Assembly: GCA_052246995.1 (NCBI GenBank) | Contig: JBQPWD010000005.1 | Coordinates: forward strand, 32,001 to 96,000 | Source: Candidatus Bathyarchaeota archaeon | GTDB lineage: Archaea > Thermoproteota > Bathyarchaeia > Hecatellales > Hecatellaceae | Direction of reading: 5' to 3' | DNA length: 64,000 nt | Part shown: piece by piece, positions 17,232 to 26,101 of the stretch | Layout: the number at the start of each line of letters is the position of its first letter | Position numbering within the stretch: the stretch's first letter is position 1 | The notes under the pieces: model-generated | Database searches by the model: none | The model's input: the letters and a program-made list of their open reading frames with translations, nothing else | Told to the model about the DNA's origin: nothing | Translations under genes and position numbers: made by a program

Positions 17232-18035
17232 TTAACCCTCCAAGGCTTTTTTACCTTTTTCCCCAGCTTTTTCCATGGTTTTCAAGCCAACATAACGTTT
17301 AAAATCCACGTTACCAACAACTTTAGGCAAAAAAAGGTAGCAACTGTAGGCTGAAGTACATCGAGCGTTAATTTTGAAATAGATTGGGTAGGATTGTAGC
17401 CCATGATGCATAGCTAAAATATTCATAAAGTTTTCCTGAATTTTCTGGCAATATTCACCTAAATGCTGAATGCTTTTAAACTTACCATGTTTAACAGGAA
17501 AACTTTGTAAATAGTGTTTTTCCAGGTTTGTGTTGCTTAAACGTCTAAAGTTTAAGATAAAACCATCAGTCAGGAAACATATAAGAAAGCTTTTAGGACT
17601 GTAAACCTGGAAAAACTTTTTCACTTGGGCAGTTGGAGAACCGAAAGCGTCAAAGTCAACATGGGTTATGGGTTCGTCAAGGCTGAGGTTTTTCTCCAAA
17701 AACTCCATGTTATCCATGTTGTAAAACTCTGTAGGACATTTATTTTTAAACTCAGCCAGGTTTTCCTTTAAAACTTGGAAAAAACGTTTATCCTTTTCAA
17801 CACAGATAAGCTTTTCACAACCATGCTTCGCATACAAATACGCCAAAAAACCTTTACCTGAAAAAAGGTCTAAAACAGTTTTTCTTGGAAACATCAGGTA
17901 AACCTGCATACGTAAATTTATCTTATCCTGGTCAGCTTGTTCAAGCTTATAGCCGTCTTTACCAACATAGCTTGGACCTTGAAAAAGCTTTCTAGGCAAT
18001 TTCCAACGTGAACTGTATAAGCCTTTTCCAGTCAA
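17232..18035 (-). CDS. Class I SAM-dependent methyltransferase, Trm1/TcmP-like
   Basis: VLDLFSGKG motif I, ICVEKD motif II, VDFDAFGSP, LTDG. Confidence 0.75.
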   Translation of the reverse strand: MTGKGLYSSRWKLPRKLFQGPSYVGKDGYKLEQADQDKINLRMQVYLMFPRKTVLDLFSGKGFLAYLYAKHGCEKLICVEKDKRFFQVLKENLAEFKNKCPTEFYNMDNMEFLEKNLSLDEPITHVDFDAFGSPTAQVKKFFQVYSPKSFLICFLTDGFILNFRRLSNTNLEKHYLQSFPVKHGKFKSIQHLGEYCQKIQENFMNILAMHHGLQSYPIYFKINARCTSAYSCYLFLPKVVGNVDFKRYVGLKTMEKAGEKGKKALEG

Positions 18036-18037
18036 AA

Positions 18038-18247
18038 CTAATCAACCAAACATGGATGAATATACCTTGGAAAAGCAAACAAAACATCTCCACATTCAAC
18101 ATTCAAAACATGATAGTCTTTTAAGGCTACAAGCTCTCCCCTTTCACGATCATAGAAGGCTTCACGAAAAACCCTTCTCCTCTCCAGCCTAACCAGTCTA
18201 CACATCTCCCTCATTTTTTCAGCTTTTTTAGAACGTTTATGAGGCAT
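18038..18247 (-). CDS. Basic viral hypothetical protein (start refined to MPHKRSKK)
   Basis: GTGGTTTTT-ATG initiation context shared with other provirus genes. Confidence 0.45.
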   Translation of the reverse strand: MPHKRSKKAEKMREMCRLVRLERRRVFREAFYDRERGELVALKDYHVLNVECGDVLFAFPRYIHPCLVD

Positions 18248-18360
18248 AAAAACCACTAACCAAGCCACACAACCCAGCATTAAAAACAAGAAAAAGCTGG
18301 GAGGCAGCTGACACCTAAAAAACAAAACAAAAAGGAAATATTTAAACACCATTACGTTTA

Positions 18361-18423
18361 AAAAACATTAAAAAACATCTAAAAACATTAAAAATTAAAA
18401 GTTGTTAATAAAAATTAAAAGTT
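18361..18423. repeat. Short A-rich tandem/direct repeats at provirus-tRNA junction
   Basis: AAAAACAT(TA/CT) x3 at 10-bp period; AAAATTAAAAGTT x2. Confidence 0.5.
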
Positions 18424-18427
18424 AATT

Positions 18428-18512
18428 GCGGGGGTCGCCAAGCCTGGTTAAAGGCGCGAGGTTCAGGACCTCGTCCCGTAGGGGTTCGTGGGTTCAAATC
18501 CCACCCCCCGCA
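18428..18512 (+). tRNA. tRNA-Leu(CAG), intronless, CCA not encoded
   Basis: GCGGGGG/CCCCCGC acceptor, CGAGG-TT-CAG-GA-CCTCG anticodon arm, long variable arm, GGTTCAAATCC T arm. Confidence 0.97.
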
Positions 18513-18720
18513 CTGGATACATCAATCCCACTTCCCCGCCGAGTCTTTTTGCGCACATGGTTCAATAAATGACGAGCATCAATCAAGAGGTCTTCTTTTA
18601 GGACTTGAAGAAAGCCCCGCGAGGAAAATATGTAACATCAGCCTTAACGCTATACCAAACAATGGTAATAATGGCGGGCTTAACAGGGAAAACCTAAAAA
18701 ACCAAAAACTAATTGAAGAG

Positions 18721-18936
18721 TTGGTAAACTCGATAAAAAGCCTACTCGGCTTGAGGATAACACCTCTAACACTGGAAGATATAACCCAAGCAGCCAAACT
18801 GATGAAAAAATACAACCTAGACTACGAAGACGCGATACGCTTGGCTTCTGTATTAAGTAGTAAGGCGAAAGAAATAATATCCAATGACGAGTTCTTTGAT
18901 AGAACTACATTAAAGGATTTAGCTAAAAAGCAGTAA
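18721..18936 (+). pseudogene. PIN-domain (VapC) toxin remnant, C-terminal half
   Basis: A..LM.KY.LD.EDA...A......IISND..FD motif; N-terminal PIN strand missing. Confidence 0.7.
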
Positions 18937-18985
18937 AAACTCTAAACCTACCTTATTAGGCTGAAAGGTTTGTTTTCAGCTTTTG

Positions 18986-21900
18986 TCAGGTTATCTTTCG
19001 TCTTTTCAAGTATAAAGCAGAAAGCAGGACTGTTAGAAACAGTGTTATGGCTATGATGACGAAGACGGTATAGTTCTGTACACCTTCTTCAGACGGTTTT
19101 AACGTTGGACCTTCCCCCGTACTGAAGCAAATTTCCACGTAATGTTTTGAGTGGTCATATGTAAAGGTTATATTTACATATCCAACACCTTCACTTACGT
19201 TAAAATGTATGGGTTTACCGTCAAACAACACACTTGTTTGCCCGCTTACAATACTTTTTGGAACTGTAAGGTTGACAAAACCCTTTGTTCCAGTTTTTCC
19301 TTGAACATAGAAGGACAAGGTTTGATTCTTCAAGTCATATTTGAGGTTCAATATCACCGAGTTGGAGGTTAGCAAGATAGTTCGTTCTTGAATGGTGTGG
19401 TTAATGGTCATCAAAGGAAGGTTGCTGGTTGGCTCCATAAGGGGGTAACGATCAACCGCATCCCCACCAACCTTGTAGGGTTTATCACCTATACCGTCGG
19501 CACCTGGCTGGTTTTGCTCCACCCCACTTTTCTCATCCACTCCCACATAATCACTCCAGTAGTTTCCTCCAGAGGGGTAGCCGTTGTCCCAAACACATCT
19601 AGGCGGGTCGCCGCATGCTTGTTTATTCCCTACAAAGTTGTTATGAAAAATGTATACAATCACATCAGGAAGGTAATCAGTCTCCACAAAAACACTAAAG
19701 TTGTTCATTACAAAGTTGTTTTCTACAACCACGTGATTTTTGTTCCAGCCAGCTGTCATGTAAACACCCACGTCGTTTTCAATAAAGTTGTTTCCGCGGA
19801 TTTCAACACCATTTGACAACCCCTCTACAAAGACACCGTTACAGCAACGTGTAATGTTGTTTTGTTGAACTACAGAATGAATCTGCTCTGCGAAAAACTC
19901 CTCACCTGTTAAATAGATTCCAATTGATGCGTTGACGATGTTGTTGCCTGTGATGTTGCCGTAGCAGTAGCTTACACCGTAGACGCAGTTTAATATACTG
20001 TTTCCAATGATGTTACCACCTCCAATTATGCCTCGGGTGCAGCTTAAAACCTCATTTTCAGAAACACTACAACCTTCCAACAGTATACCGAATTCTGAAC
20101 AGTCAGCCACACGGTTACGTGAAATCTGGACGGAGAAACCCCGCATGTCTATTCCTGAACTACAGTTTAGAATTGTGTTTCCAAGGATAACTTTCTCTCC
20201 AGTTTGTCCAGTGCTAATTATACCATGCGCGCACTGAACAATGTTATTATGGGAAATCGTCTCCATTACTCCTTCCGCCCTCACCCCCTCTCCGTTGCCT
20301 ACTAAAAGGTTTCGCGTTATGTTGTTTGGTCCCCAGCAGCCGTCGTCAAATATTCCCACCTCACACGCAAGAATGATGTTTTCAGAGATGACGTTTTGCT
20401 CTGTAGACACACAATAATGACCGTTACGGAGGTAAACTCCAATTCCTAAGCCAGTGTTTGTTATGTTGTTTCTCAACATCACACATGACCTCGCCCCTAC
20501 GGCGGCTACACCTACTTGACAGCCGACAATAGTATTGTTAAAGATGGTTACGTTAACTACATCATTCAGAAAAATGCCATGTTTATCGTAAGAGTTTAAG
20601 GTAAGCGTCCAGATTCCGGCAATATGGTAGAGTGTTAAGCCGTCTAAGCCACCCTCCACCCTCATTGACGTAACCGTAACATTCTTTCTACAAGTCCCAC
20701 CAGTTTGCACAACAGCAACTCCTCCGTTAACCCTGTGACCATGTCCATCAAGGACAATGTTGTCCCTTTCAACCAAGATGGTGGTTTCAGCGTCACCTGT
20801 GAGGCTGTAAACCCTAAAGTCTCTGGAAACAATTAACAGCGTAGGTGGGGAAACGCATCCATCCGACCTTATGGTTATAACGTTTTCCACGGGATACGGG
20901 TCGTGATAGTCAAGGAGGATGCCACCTATCCACATCCCTCCATCTGGAAGGTTGACAACGCTGAACCCAAGGTTGTCAAAAACTGAACTTCCAAAGGGAC
21001 ATTCCCCCCAGAAGTTCACTATTGCCCCGCTCAACCCAGCCGACGCAATCTCAGCGTAAGAGTTGAAGTAGACAATGAAGCTTTCACCCACTGAAACATC
21101 CTTAAAGACCAAAATTTTGCTTTCAGCCACTGTTTCGTCAAAGCCTAAAGTTAGGATTATATCCACTAGGTCTAGGATGAACTTCACATAACCCAAAGCT
21201 TCAAGAGCTTTTTTAGCAATTGGCGACTCGACAACTTCCTGGACAACTTCCATCAAAATGTCGGCGCTTCCGCTGGCAGCCTCGTCGGCGACAAGCGGCG
21301 GGCCGCCTTTCTCAACCATGTAAACTGTTTCCTGGATGTGAGAGGCAATCGCTTCATTGAGGGTCTGGCCAGCACCAACTCCAACATTGATCTTACACCT
21401 GTAGTTTCCCTGGCCAGCGAAAAGTTCTGGCGCGATGTTTACGCCTCCCGCATACCCAACCTCAACATAAACGTCAGGCTTATATGCCAAACTTGGTGGG
21501 TGAATCCTTTTTCCAAAACACCATGTAAGACTGGAGCTCATCGGCTGGTCTCCAACTGGAGTGCCAAAAGATACAAGGCACATGCTCCCTTTACAATCAT
21601 CCGAAACGGTGTACGTGTACCAACCCTTACTCCCAACTTCCATCGGCCCAACAATGTCCATAAAGGGATTCCACTCCCTCATGTAGGATCTGGATGTGTC
21701 CAAACGTGGCTTGCTGTGGATGGCGTGTAGAGTTATGTTCACGTATGAAACAAAACTGTCCTTTGGAAGGGCATAGTAGACACCGTGAACTCCACCGACG
21801 CTTTTTTCACCATCTTCCTTATAACCTATCTTTGCAAGTCCAACTATCGGCTCCACAACATATTGTCCCTCGGAAGTCGCAACCAAAACAGGGCTGCTTA

Positions 21901-22183
21901 CAAGCGTAAACCCTATCCAGTCGTCGTTGAAAACCAGCCAATTCTCTTTTGCATAACTGTCATCCGTGCTTATGTAAAGCCAAATCTCCAAGCCTGAAAC
22001 ATGCTTGCCGACGTTAAAGCGGTATGCAGATTCATCGTCACCCTCATAGTAAACCAGCCAACCATCAACAACTTCAGCCGCCTCAGCCACATTAACCTTC
22101 AAACAAACCGCCAAGTTGCAAAACAACGGTTGAATTAAAAGGAGAAGTATTATAAAAAGGGAGAATACTGCTTTTTTGTTCAA
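18986..22183 (-). CDS. Secreted/membrane-anchored NosD/CASH parallel beta-helix protein
   Basis: Signal peptide, ITIRSDG...Y.LTGD, N.I..N..GI repeats, WDNGYPSGGNYWSDY...DGIGD.PY...DRYPLM, C-terminal TM. Confidence 0.85.
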   Translation of the reverse strand: MNKKAVFSLFIILLLLIQPLFCNLAVCLKVNVAEAAEVVDGWLVYYEGDDESAYRFNVGKHVSGLEIWLYISTDDSYAKENWLVFNDDWIGFTLVSSPVLVATSEGQYVVEPIVGLAKIGYKEDGEKSVGGVHGVYYALPKDSFVSYVNITLHAIHSKPRLDTSRSYMREWNPFMDIVGPMEVGSKGWYTYTVSDDCKGSMCLVSFGTPVGDQPMSSSLTWCFGKRIHPPSLAYKPDVYVEVGYAGGVNIAPELFAGQGNYRCKINVGVGAGQTLNEAIASHIQETVYMVEKGGPPLVADEAASGSADILMEVVQEVVESPIAKKALEALGYVKFILDLVDIILTLGFDETVAESKILVFKDVSVGESFIVYFNSYAEIASAGLSGAIVNFWGECPFGSSVFDNLGFSVVNLPDGGMWIGGILLDYHDPYPVENVITIRSDGCVSPPTLLIVSRDFRVYSLTGDAETTILVERDNIVLDGHGHRVNGGVAVVQTGGTCRKNVTVTSMRVEGGLDGLTLYHIAGIWTLTLNSYDKHGIFLNDVVNVTIFNNTIVGCQVGVAAVGARSCVMLRNNITNTGLGIGVYLRNGHYCVSTEQNVISENIILACEVGIFDDGCWGPNNITRNLLVGNGEGVRAEGVMETISHNNIVQCAHGIISTGQTGEKVILGNTILNCSSGIDMRGFSVQISRNRVADCSEFGILLEGCSVSENEVLSCTRGIIGGGNIIGNSILNCVYGVSYCYGNITGNNIVNASIGIYLTGEEFFAEQIHSVVQQNNITRCCNGVFVEGLSNGVEIRGNNFIENDVGVYMTAGWNKNHVVVENNFVMNNFSVFVETDYLPDVIVYIFHNNFVGNKQACGDPPRCVWDNGYPSGGNYWSDYVGVDEKSGVEQNQPGADGIGDKPYKVGGDAVDRYPLMEPTSNLPLMTINHTIQERTILLTSNSVILNLKYDLKNQTLSFYVQGKTGTKGFVNLTVPKSIVSGQTSVLFDGKPIHFNVSEGVGYVNITFTYDHSKHYVEICFSTGEGPTLKPSEEGVQNYTVFVIIAITLFLTVLLSALYLKRRKIT

Positions 22184-22608
22184 CTACTATCCCCCCTAAC
22201 GTTTAATTCTACACTTATAGTGAAGGAAGGTTTCCACGTATATACCGTATAAAGTAAACCGTCAAAAACGTCAAAACTTTCAACAAAAACGTTTTCCACA
22301 TGGCGCATGTATGGGCTACGGCGTCTTCCGTCTCCCATCCGGCAGCCCTCTACGATTATGTTCCTTAACTCATATAGTAGGAGGAGGTCAACAAATATTT
22401 ATCGTAACCGTAATACGTGGCGATAAATTGAGGATATTGTCCGTAAGAGGGGATGTTTGAAAGGTGGAAACTTCTTTACGTTTAGGTGATGGATGTGTCA
22501 AAGAGGAGGGTACTCGGTAGCCTCCTCAACCTGGCTAAAAACAAAAAAGAAGAAGCAAGGTTGAGCACCTCCAAAATAACCTAAAAATACCAGTCTAGCC
22601 AATACATT

Positions 22609-23388
22609 TCACTTAAACCTTATCATAAACCTTACAGTTGCAACCATTAAAACTAACCCAAGTATGGGTTTTAAATACTGTTCATGTGTAAATAACGCTA
22701 AAAAGGTTCCTATAAAGGCTCCTAATACAGAACCAACAGCCATGGATAAGGTAACCCATGTAAAATTAACTTTAAAATAACCCATACGGAAATGTTTTAA
22801 AAAGCCTACACCAACAGTTGCCATGGATGCAAAAAGGCTGGCAGTTCCAGCATGCTTTACTCCAAGACCAAAAAACATTATAAGAATAGGGATACGTATC
22901 TCTCCACCTGCAACACCAAACATTGTGGATAGTACACCAACCAAGAAGCCAAAAACGATTAAGTAGAAGGGAACCATGTTTTTTTGAAACAAAAGATTTT
23001 CATGGATTTCCCCTATTAAAGGCTCAAAGGTAAACCTTAACCCTACTATTAACAGGTATGCAACCACCATCAACCTAAGCATCCTATCTGAAAACTTTCC
23101 TGCCATCAAAGCCCCTAAATAAGCTCCAAAAATTGAGCCTATAGAAAGATAAACACCATGTAAAACGGCATCACCTCCAGCCAAACCTACCGATAAACGT
23201 AGAAAAAAGGAAACAACAACCGTAAAAAAGCCTATTAGAAGGTTTGATGCTGCAACACTAGCCATAGAACCCTTCAAAAGGTAGGTTAAAGCCGGTATTC
23301 TAAACTCTCCTCCCCCAACCCCTACCATACCTGCAACTATCCCTACCACTACTCCCAAAATGAAGCTTAACACAACCACTTTTTTCAT
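22609..23388 (-). CDS. Sulfite exporter TauE/SafE family
   Basis: Duplicated G..G.GGGE.RIP motif, 8 TM. Confidence 0.9.
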   Translation of the reverse strand: MKKVVVLSFILGVVVGIVAGMVGVGGGEFRIPALTYLLKGSMASVAASNLLIGFFTVVVSFFLRLSVGLAGGDAVLHGVYLSIGSIFGAYLGALMAGKFSDRMLRLMVVAYLLIVGLRFTFEPLIGEIHENLLFQKNMVPFYLIVFGFLVGVLSTMFGVAGGEIRIPILIMFFGLGVKHAGTASLFASMATVGVGFLKHFRMGYFKVNFTWVTLSMAVGSVLGAFIGTFLALFTHEQYLKPILGLVLMVATVRFMIRFK

Positions 23389-23487
23389 GGATTACATGCT
23401 ATATGTTACCAAGAAATTTAAAAGATGTGGTTTTTACAGATAAAATTGCTTATATACAAAAAAGTTATAAATTCTTATTAAGAATTT

Positions 23488-23871
23488 TTGGAGTTGGCTA
23501 AAATGTCTACAGACGTTAATCCTGCTGTTGAGGTTTTTCGCGAGATTTTTAGAAAGATTGTTTATTCTTCACTTGGTGAATCTGCTGGAGAGGTTTTAAT
23601 GTTTTTTCTACAGAAGGATTTAGGACGTGACCCGTTTAACATATTCTGGGAAAACCCGGAAGCTTTCTACTACACTATAAAAAAGGTTTTCGGCGTTGGA
23701 GCAGAGGTTTTAATCAACCTCCTAGTGGGAGAAATTAACAAGGGATGTGGTTTAAACATAAACCAGGAACATTTTTTAGAGCTTATATGTAGCGGCAGCC
23801 AAGGTTGTGTTGAGGAGCTACATAACTTCTTAAAAAAGGTAGCTGAGTTGTATAGGAGGGAGGGTACGTAA
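23488..23871 (+). CDS. Small helical protein of the type flanking archaeal KaiC-like ATPases (DUF3227/NitrOD5-like)
   Basis: SLGES...V...L...P..F...I.KVFG.GA motif; precedes KaiC-like gene. Confidence 0.6.
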   Translation: MELAKMSTDVNPAVEVFREIFRKIVYSSLGESAGEVLMFFLQKDLGRDPFNIFWENPEAFYYTIKKVFGVGAEVLINLLVGEINKGCGLNINQEHFLELICSGSQGCVEELHNFLKKVAELYRREGT

Positions 23872-24005
23872 TGATTAGCAGTATTATGTTCCAACCTGGA
23901 TAAGCAGCTTAGATAGGCTTAATCTCACTAATAATCTAAATCCAGTAAAATATATGTCCATGTTATGAACATTATTTACCTGTAGTATAAGGGTGTAAAA
24001 ATATT

Positions 24006-25427
24006 TTGAACATAAACCGTATATCTACTGGAAGTGTGATGCTTGATTCCACCCTTAACGGTGGTTTTCCAGCTGGAAGCCTAATAACCGTTACCGGTCC
24101 TCCAGGCTCTGGTAAAACGGTTTTCGCGGCAAACTGGATTTACAATGGTATTGAGAAACATGGTTTAAATGGTGTATACATGAGCTTTATTGAGGGATAT
24201 AAAAGCTTTATTAAGAATATGCATGGTTTAGGCTTAGATTTTGAAAAGCTTGAAAATACTGGAAAGTTTAGGTTTATGGAGATGGCTACACTTAGGGAGG
24301 TTAGTGTTCCAACTGTTTTTGAACAGATACTACAAGAGGTTTATAACGTAAAAGCAAGCATGCTTGTCATAGACTCCTTCTCAGCAATCTCACAAGTTAT
24401 GGAAAAACCCTACGACCCACGTATACTTATCCACACAGTTCTAGGTAAGATTGTAAGGGAAGTAGACTGCACAACAATGCTAATAATTGAAAAAACGAGT
24501 GTTGAGGAAACCTACGAGTCGGCGGAGTTTTTATCCGACTTTATAATCCACCTTTCTAAGGTTGAGGTTGACGGGGTACATCTAAGAACCCTAAAAATAG
24601 TAAAGGCTCGTGGAACAGAAATACAGCAGCCACAAGTAGCCTTCACATTAAAAGGCGGGTTTAAGGCTTTTCAGCCGCTAAACGTTAAACTTCTCGAGTC
24701 CATAAAAAAGTTTAAAATTGTCCCTCACGGTAAAGACTACTATTCCTCAGGTATTCAAGACCTTGACAACATGTTAGGTGTAATGTTTAAATGTGGAAGC
24801 TACAACCTTCTAGAAGTTGAAACAGATGTGACACTACCACCCGAACATCTACTACGGGTAACCATCTCCAACGCGTTAAACCAAGGAACTTGTGTTGTTA
24901 TTCTTCCACATCAAGGCTTAAGCGCACCAACTGTTTGGAAGTCGCTAGAACCACTTGTTTACGAGGATGCTTTAAAGGATAATCTTAAAGTTGTTGATTT
25001 TAAGGTAGTTGGTGAAGCTGTTGAAATTACCGAGCCATACGTAATACTGTTTGAGGGTAGGTCGTTAAGAAAGGATATGGTAAACCTCTGGGACACCATT
25101 TCAGAACTTAGAAATAAAAGTGGAAAACCAGTTTTAACAGTTGCCGGCTTTGACACACTAGAATACGTTTACGGGTTAAATGAAATTTTAAAGGTTTTAG
25201 GTGAAGACCTAGCAAAAACAAGAAACCTTGGAGATGTTAGACTGAATATTGTTAGACCAGAATGTGCCATAGCTGCCCACTTAAGGTCTCTAGCCAACAC
25301 CCATATGGTTGTTAGGGAAAGGTATGGTGCAGTCTTCCTCCAAGGAAAGAAACCCAAAACCCCGCTACTCAACATTGAGCTTCATACAAACGAAGAATCA
25401 GAAGTTAAGTTAATACCAGTATTGTAG
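24006..25427 (+). CDS. KaiC/RAD55-like ATPase with degenerate second (GvpD-like) domain
   Basis: STG...LD..L.GGFP, GPPGSGKT, LVIDS, R.L.I.K.RG; second SSG...LD lacks Walker A. Confidence 0.9.
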   Translation: MNINRISTGSVMLDSTLNGGFPAGSLITVTGPPGSGKTVFAANWIYNGIEKHGLNGVYMSFIEGYKSFIKNMHGLGLDFEKLENTGKFRFMEMATLREVSVPTVFEQILQEVYNVKASMLVIDSFSAISQVMEKPYDPRILIHTVLGKIVREVDCTTMLIIEKTSVEETYESAEFLSDFIIHLSKVEVDGVHLRTLKIVKARGTEIQQPQVAFTLKGGFKAFQPLNVKLLESIKKFKIVPHGKDYYSSGIQDLDNMLGVMFKCGSYNLLEVETDVTLPPEHLLRVTISNALNQGTCVVILPHQGLSAPTVWKSLEPLVYEDALKDNLKVVDFKVVGEAVEITEPYVILFEGRSLRKDMVNLWDTISELRNKSGKPVLTVAGFDTLEYVYGLNEILKVLGEDLAKTRNLGDVRLNIVRPECAIAAHLRSLANTHMVVRERYGAVFLQGKKPKTPLLNIELHTNEESEVKLIPVL

Positions 25428-25516
25428 CCTTATTTCATACAAGATAACTTACCCTGTTTATAGAAAAAGATTTTTCACATGGGCTACTACTTCAACATCT
25501 CAAAAATTTTAGGTTG

Positions 25517-25777
25517 CTATTGATAAATTCTTTTTCTTACGTCTATTTTAGCGACAACTATTATTTTTTCTTACTCGTAAACTTTGAGTAGCGCTCTATA
25601 TTTTCCCACGCGTAACCTGAAGGTGTTCGCCTCACCTGCAATTTTAACTATGTCAAGTTTAACAACAGGAAAATTCTCCAGCTGTTTAAGCTTTTCAACC
25701 ATGCGTTGCTTGTCTTCAAGGTTGATTCTCTTTAAAAATTCATCCGCTCTCTTTTAGAGGAGAACTCTAAACTTCAT
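25517..25777 (-). pseudogene. RelE/ParE toxin with two in-frame stops; not in ORF track
   Basis: MKFRVLL*KRADEFLK...FRLRVGKYRALLKVYE*EKIIVVAKIDVRKRIYQ. Confidence 0.85.
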
Positions 25778-25952
25778 TGAGGGATTTCAACTCGTCAAAA
25801 CGCTTTTCCTTAACTATTTCATCAATCTCTTTCAGTAAGACGTACTCTTCAACGGTTAGAAAAACATCTTCAAGAAAATCTCTTAACTCATCAAGCTTCC
25901 TACTGATTTCCTCAACCTTCTCCAAAACTATTTCACCCAAAAAACCACCCAA
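25767..25952 (-). CDS. Cognate antitoxin (RelB-type)
   Basis: Small acidic protein overlapping the toxin start. Confidence 0.7.
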   Translation of the reverse strand: MGGFLGEIVLEKVEEISRKLDELRDFLEDVFLTVEEYVLLKEIDEIVKEKRFDELKSLNEV

Positions 25953-26069
25953 GTAAACGAATACAAATACACCCTAATAACACTTACTTCCCCCAACAGT
26001 TAACACACCTAAGAAGGGCTACAAAATTAACAAACCTTTTTTTGGGAAAAATTTATTAATTTAAAGCAA

Positions 26070-26099
26070 AGTATTATCTTCCTATAGAAAAGTAATACT
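26070..26099 (+). promoter_or_regulatory. NikR-like operator AGTATTA-N16-TAATACT
   Basis: Inverted repeat with 16-bp spacer between TATA-like TTTATTAA (~26052) and fmdE start. Confidence 0.65.
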
Positions 26100-26101
26100 A
26101 G

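Larger units (their letters stand above)
1..18420 (-). mobile_element. Provirus (Caudoviricetes, HK97-fold, siphovirus-like non-contractile tail), packaging/morphogenesis module; continues beyond the left edge
   Basis: Co-oriented terS-terL-portal-protease-MCP-adaptor-neck-terminator-tail tube-chaperone-TMP-hub order; no sheath gene seen; ends next to tRNA-Leu. Right boundary approximate. Confidence 0.92.

Noticed and set aside
22260-22600. GC-richer intergenic patch possibly ncRNA or gene remnant
   Set aside because: No convincing structure or recognisable protein motif found
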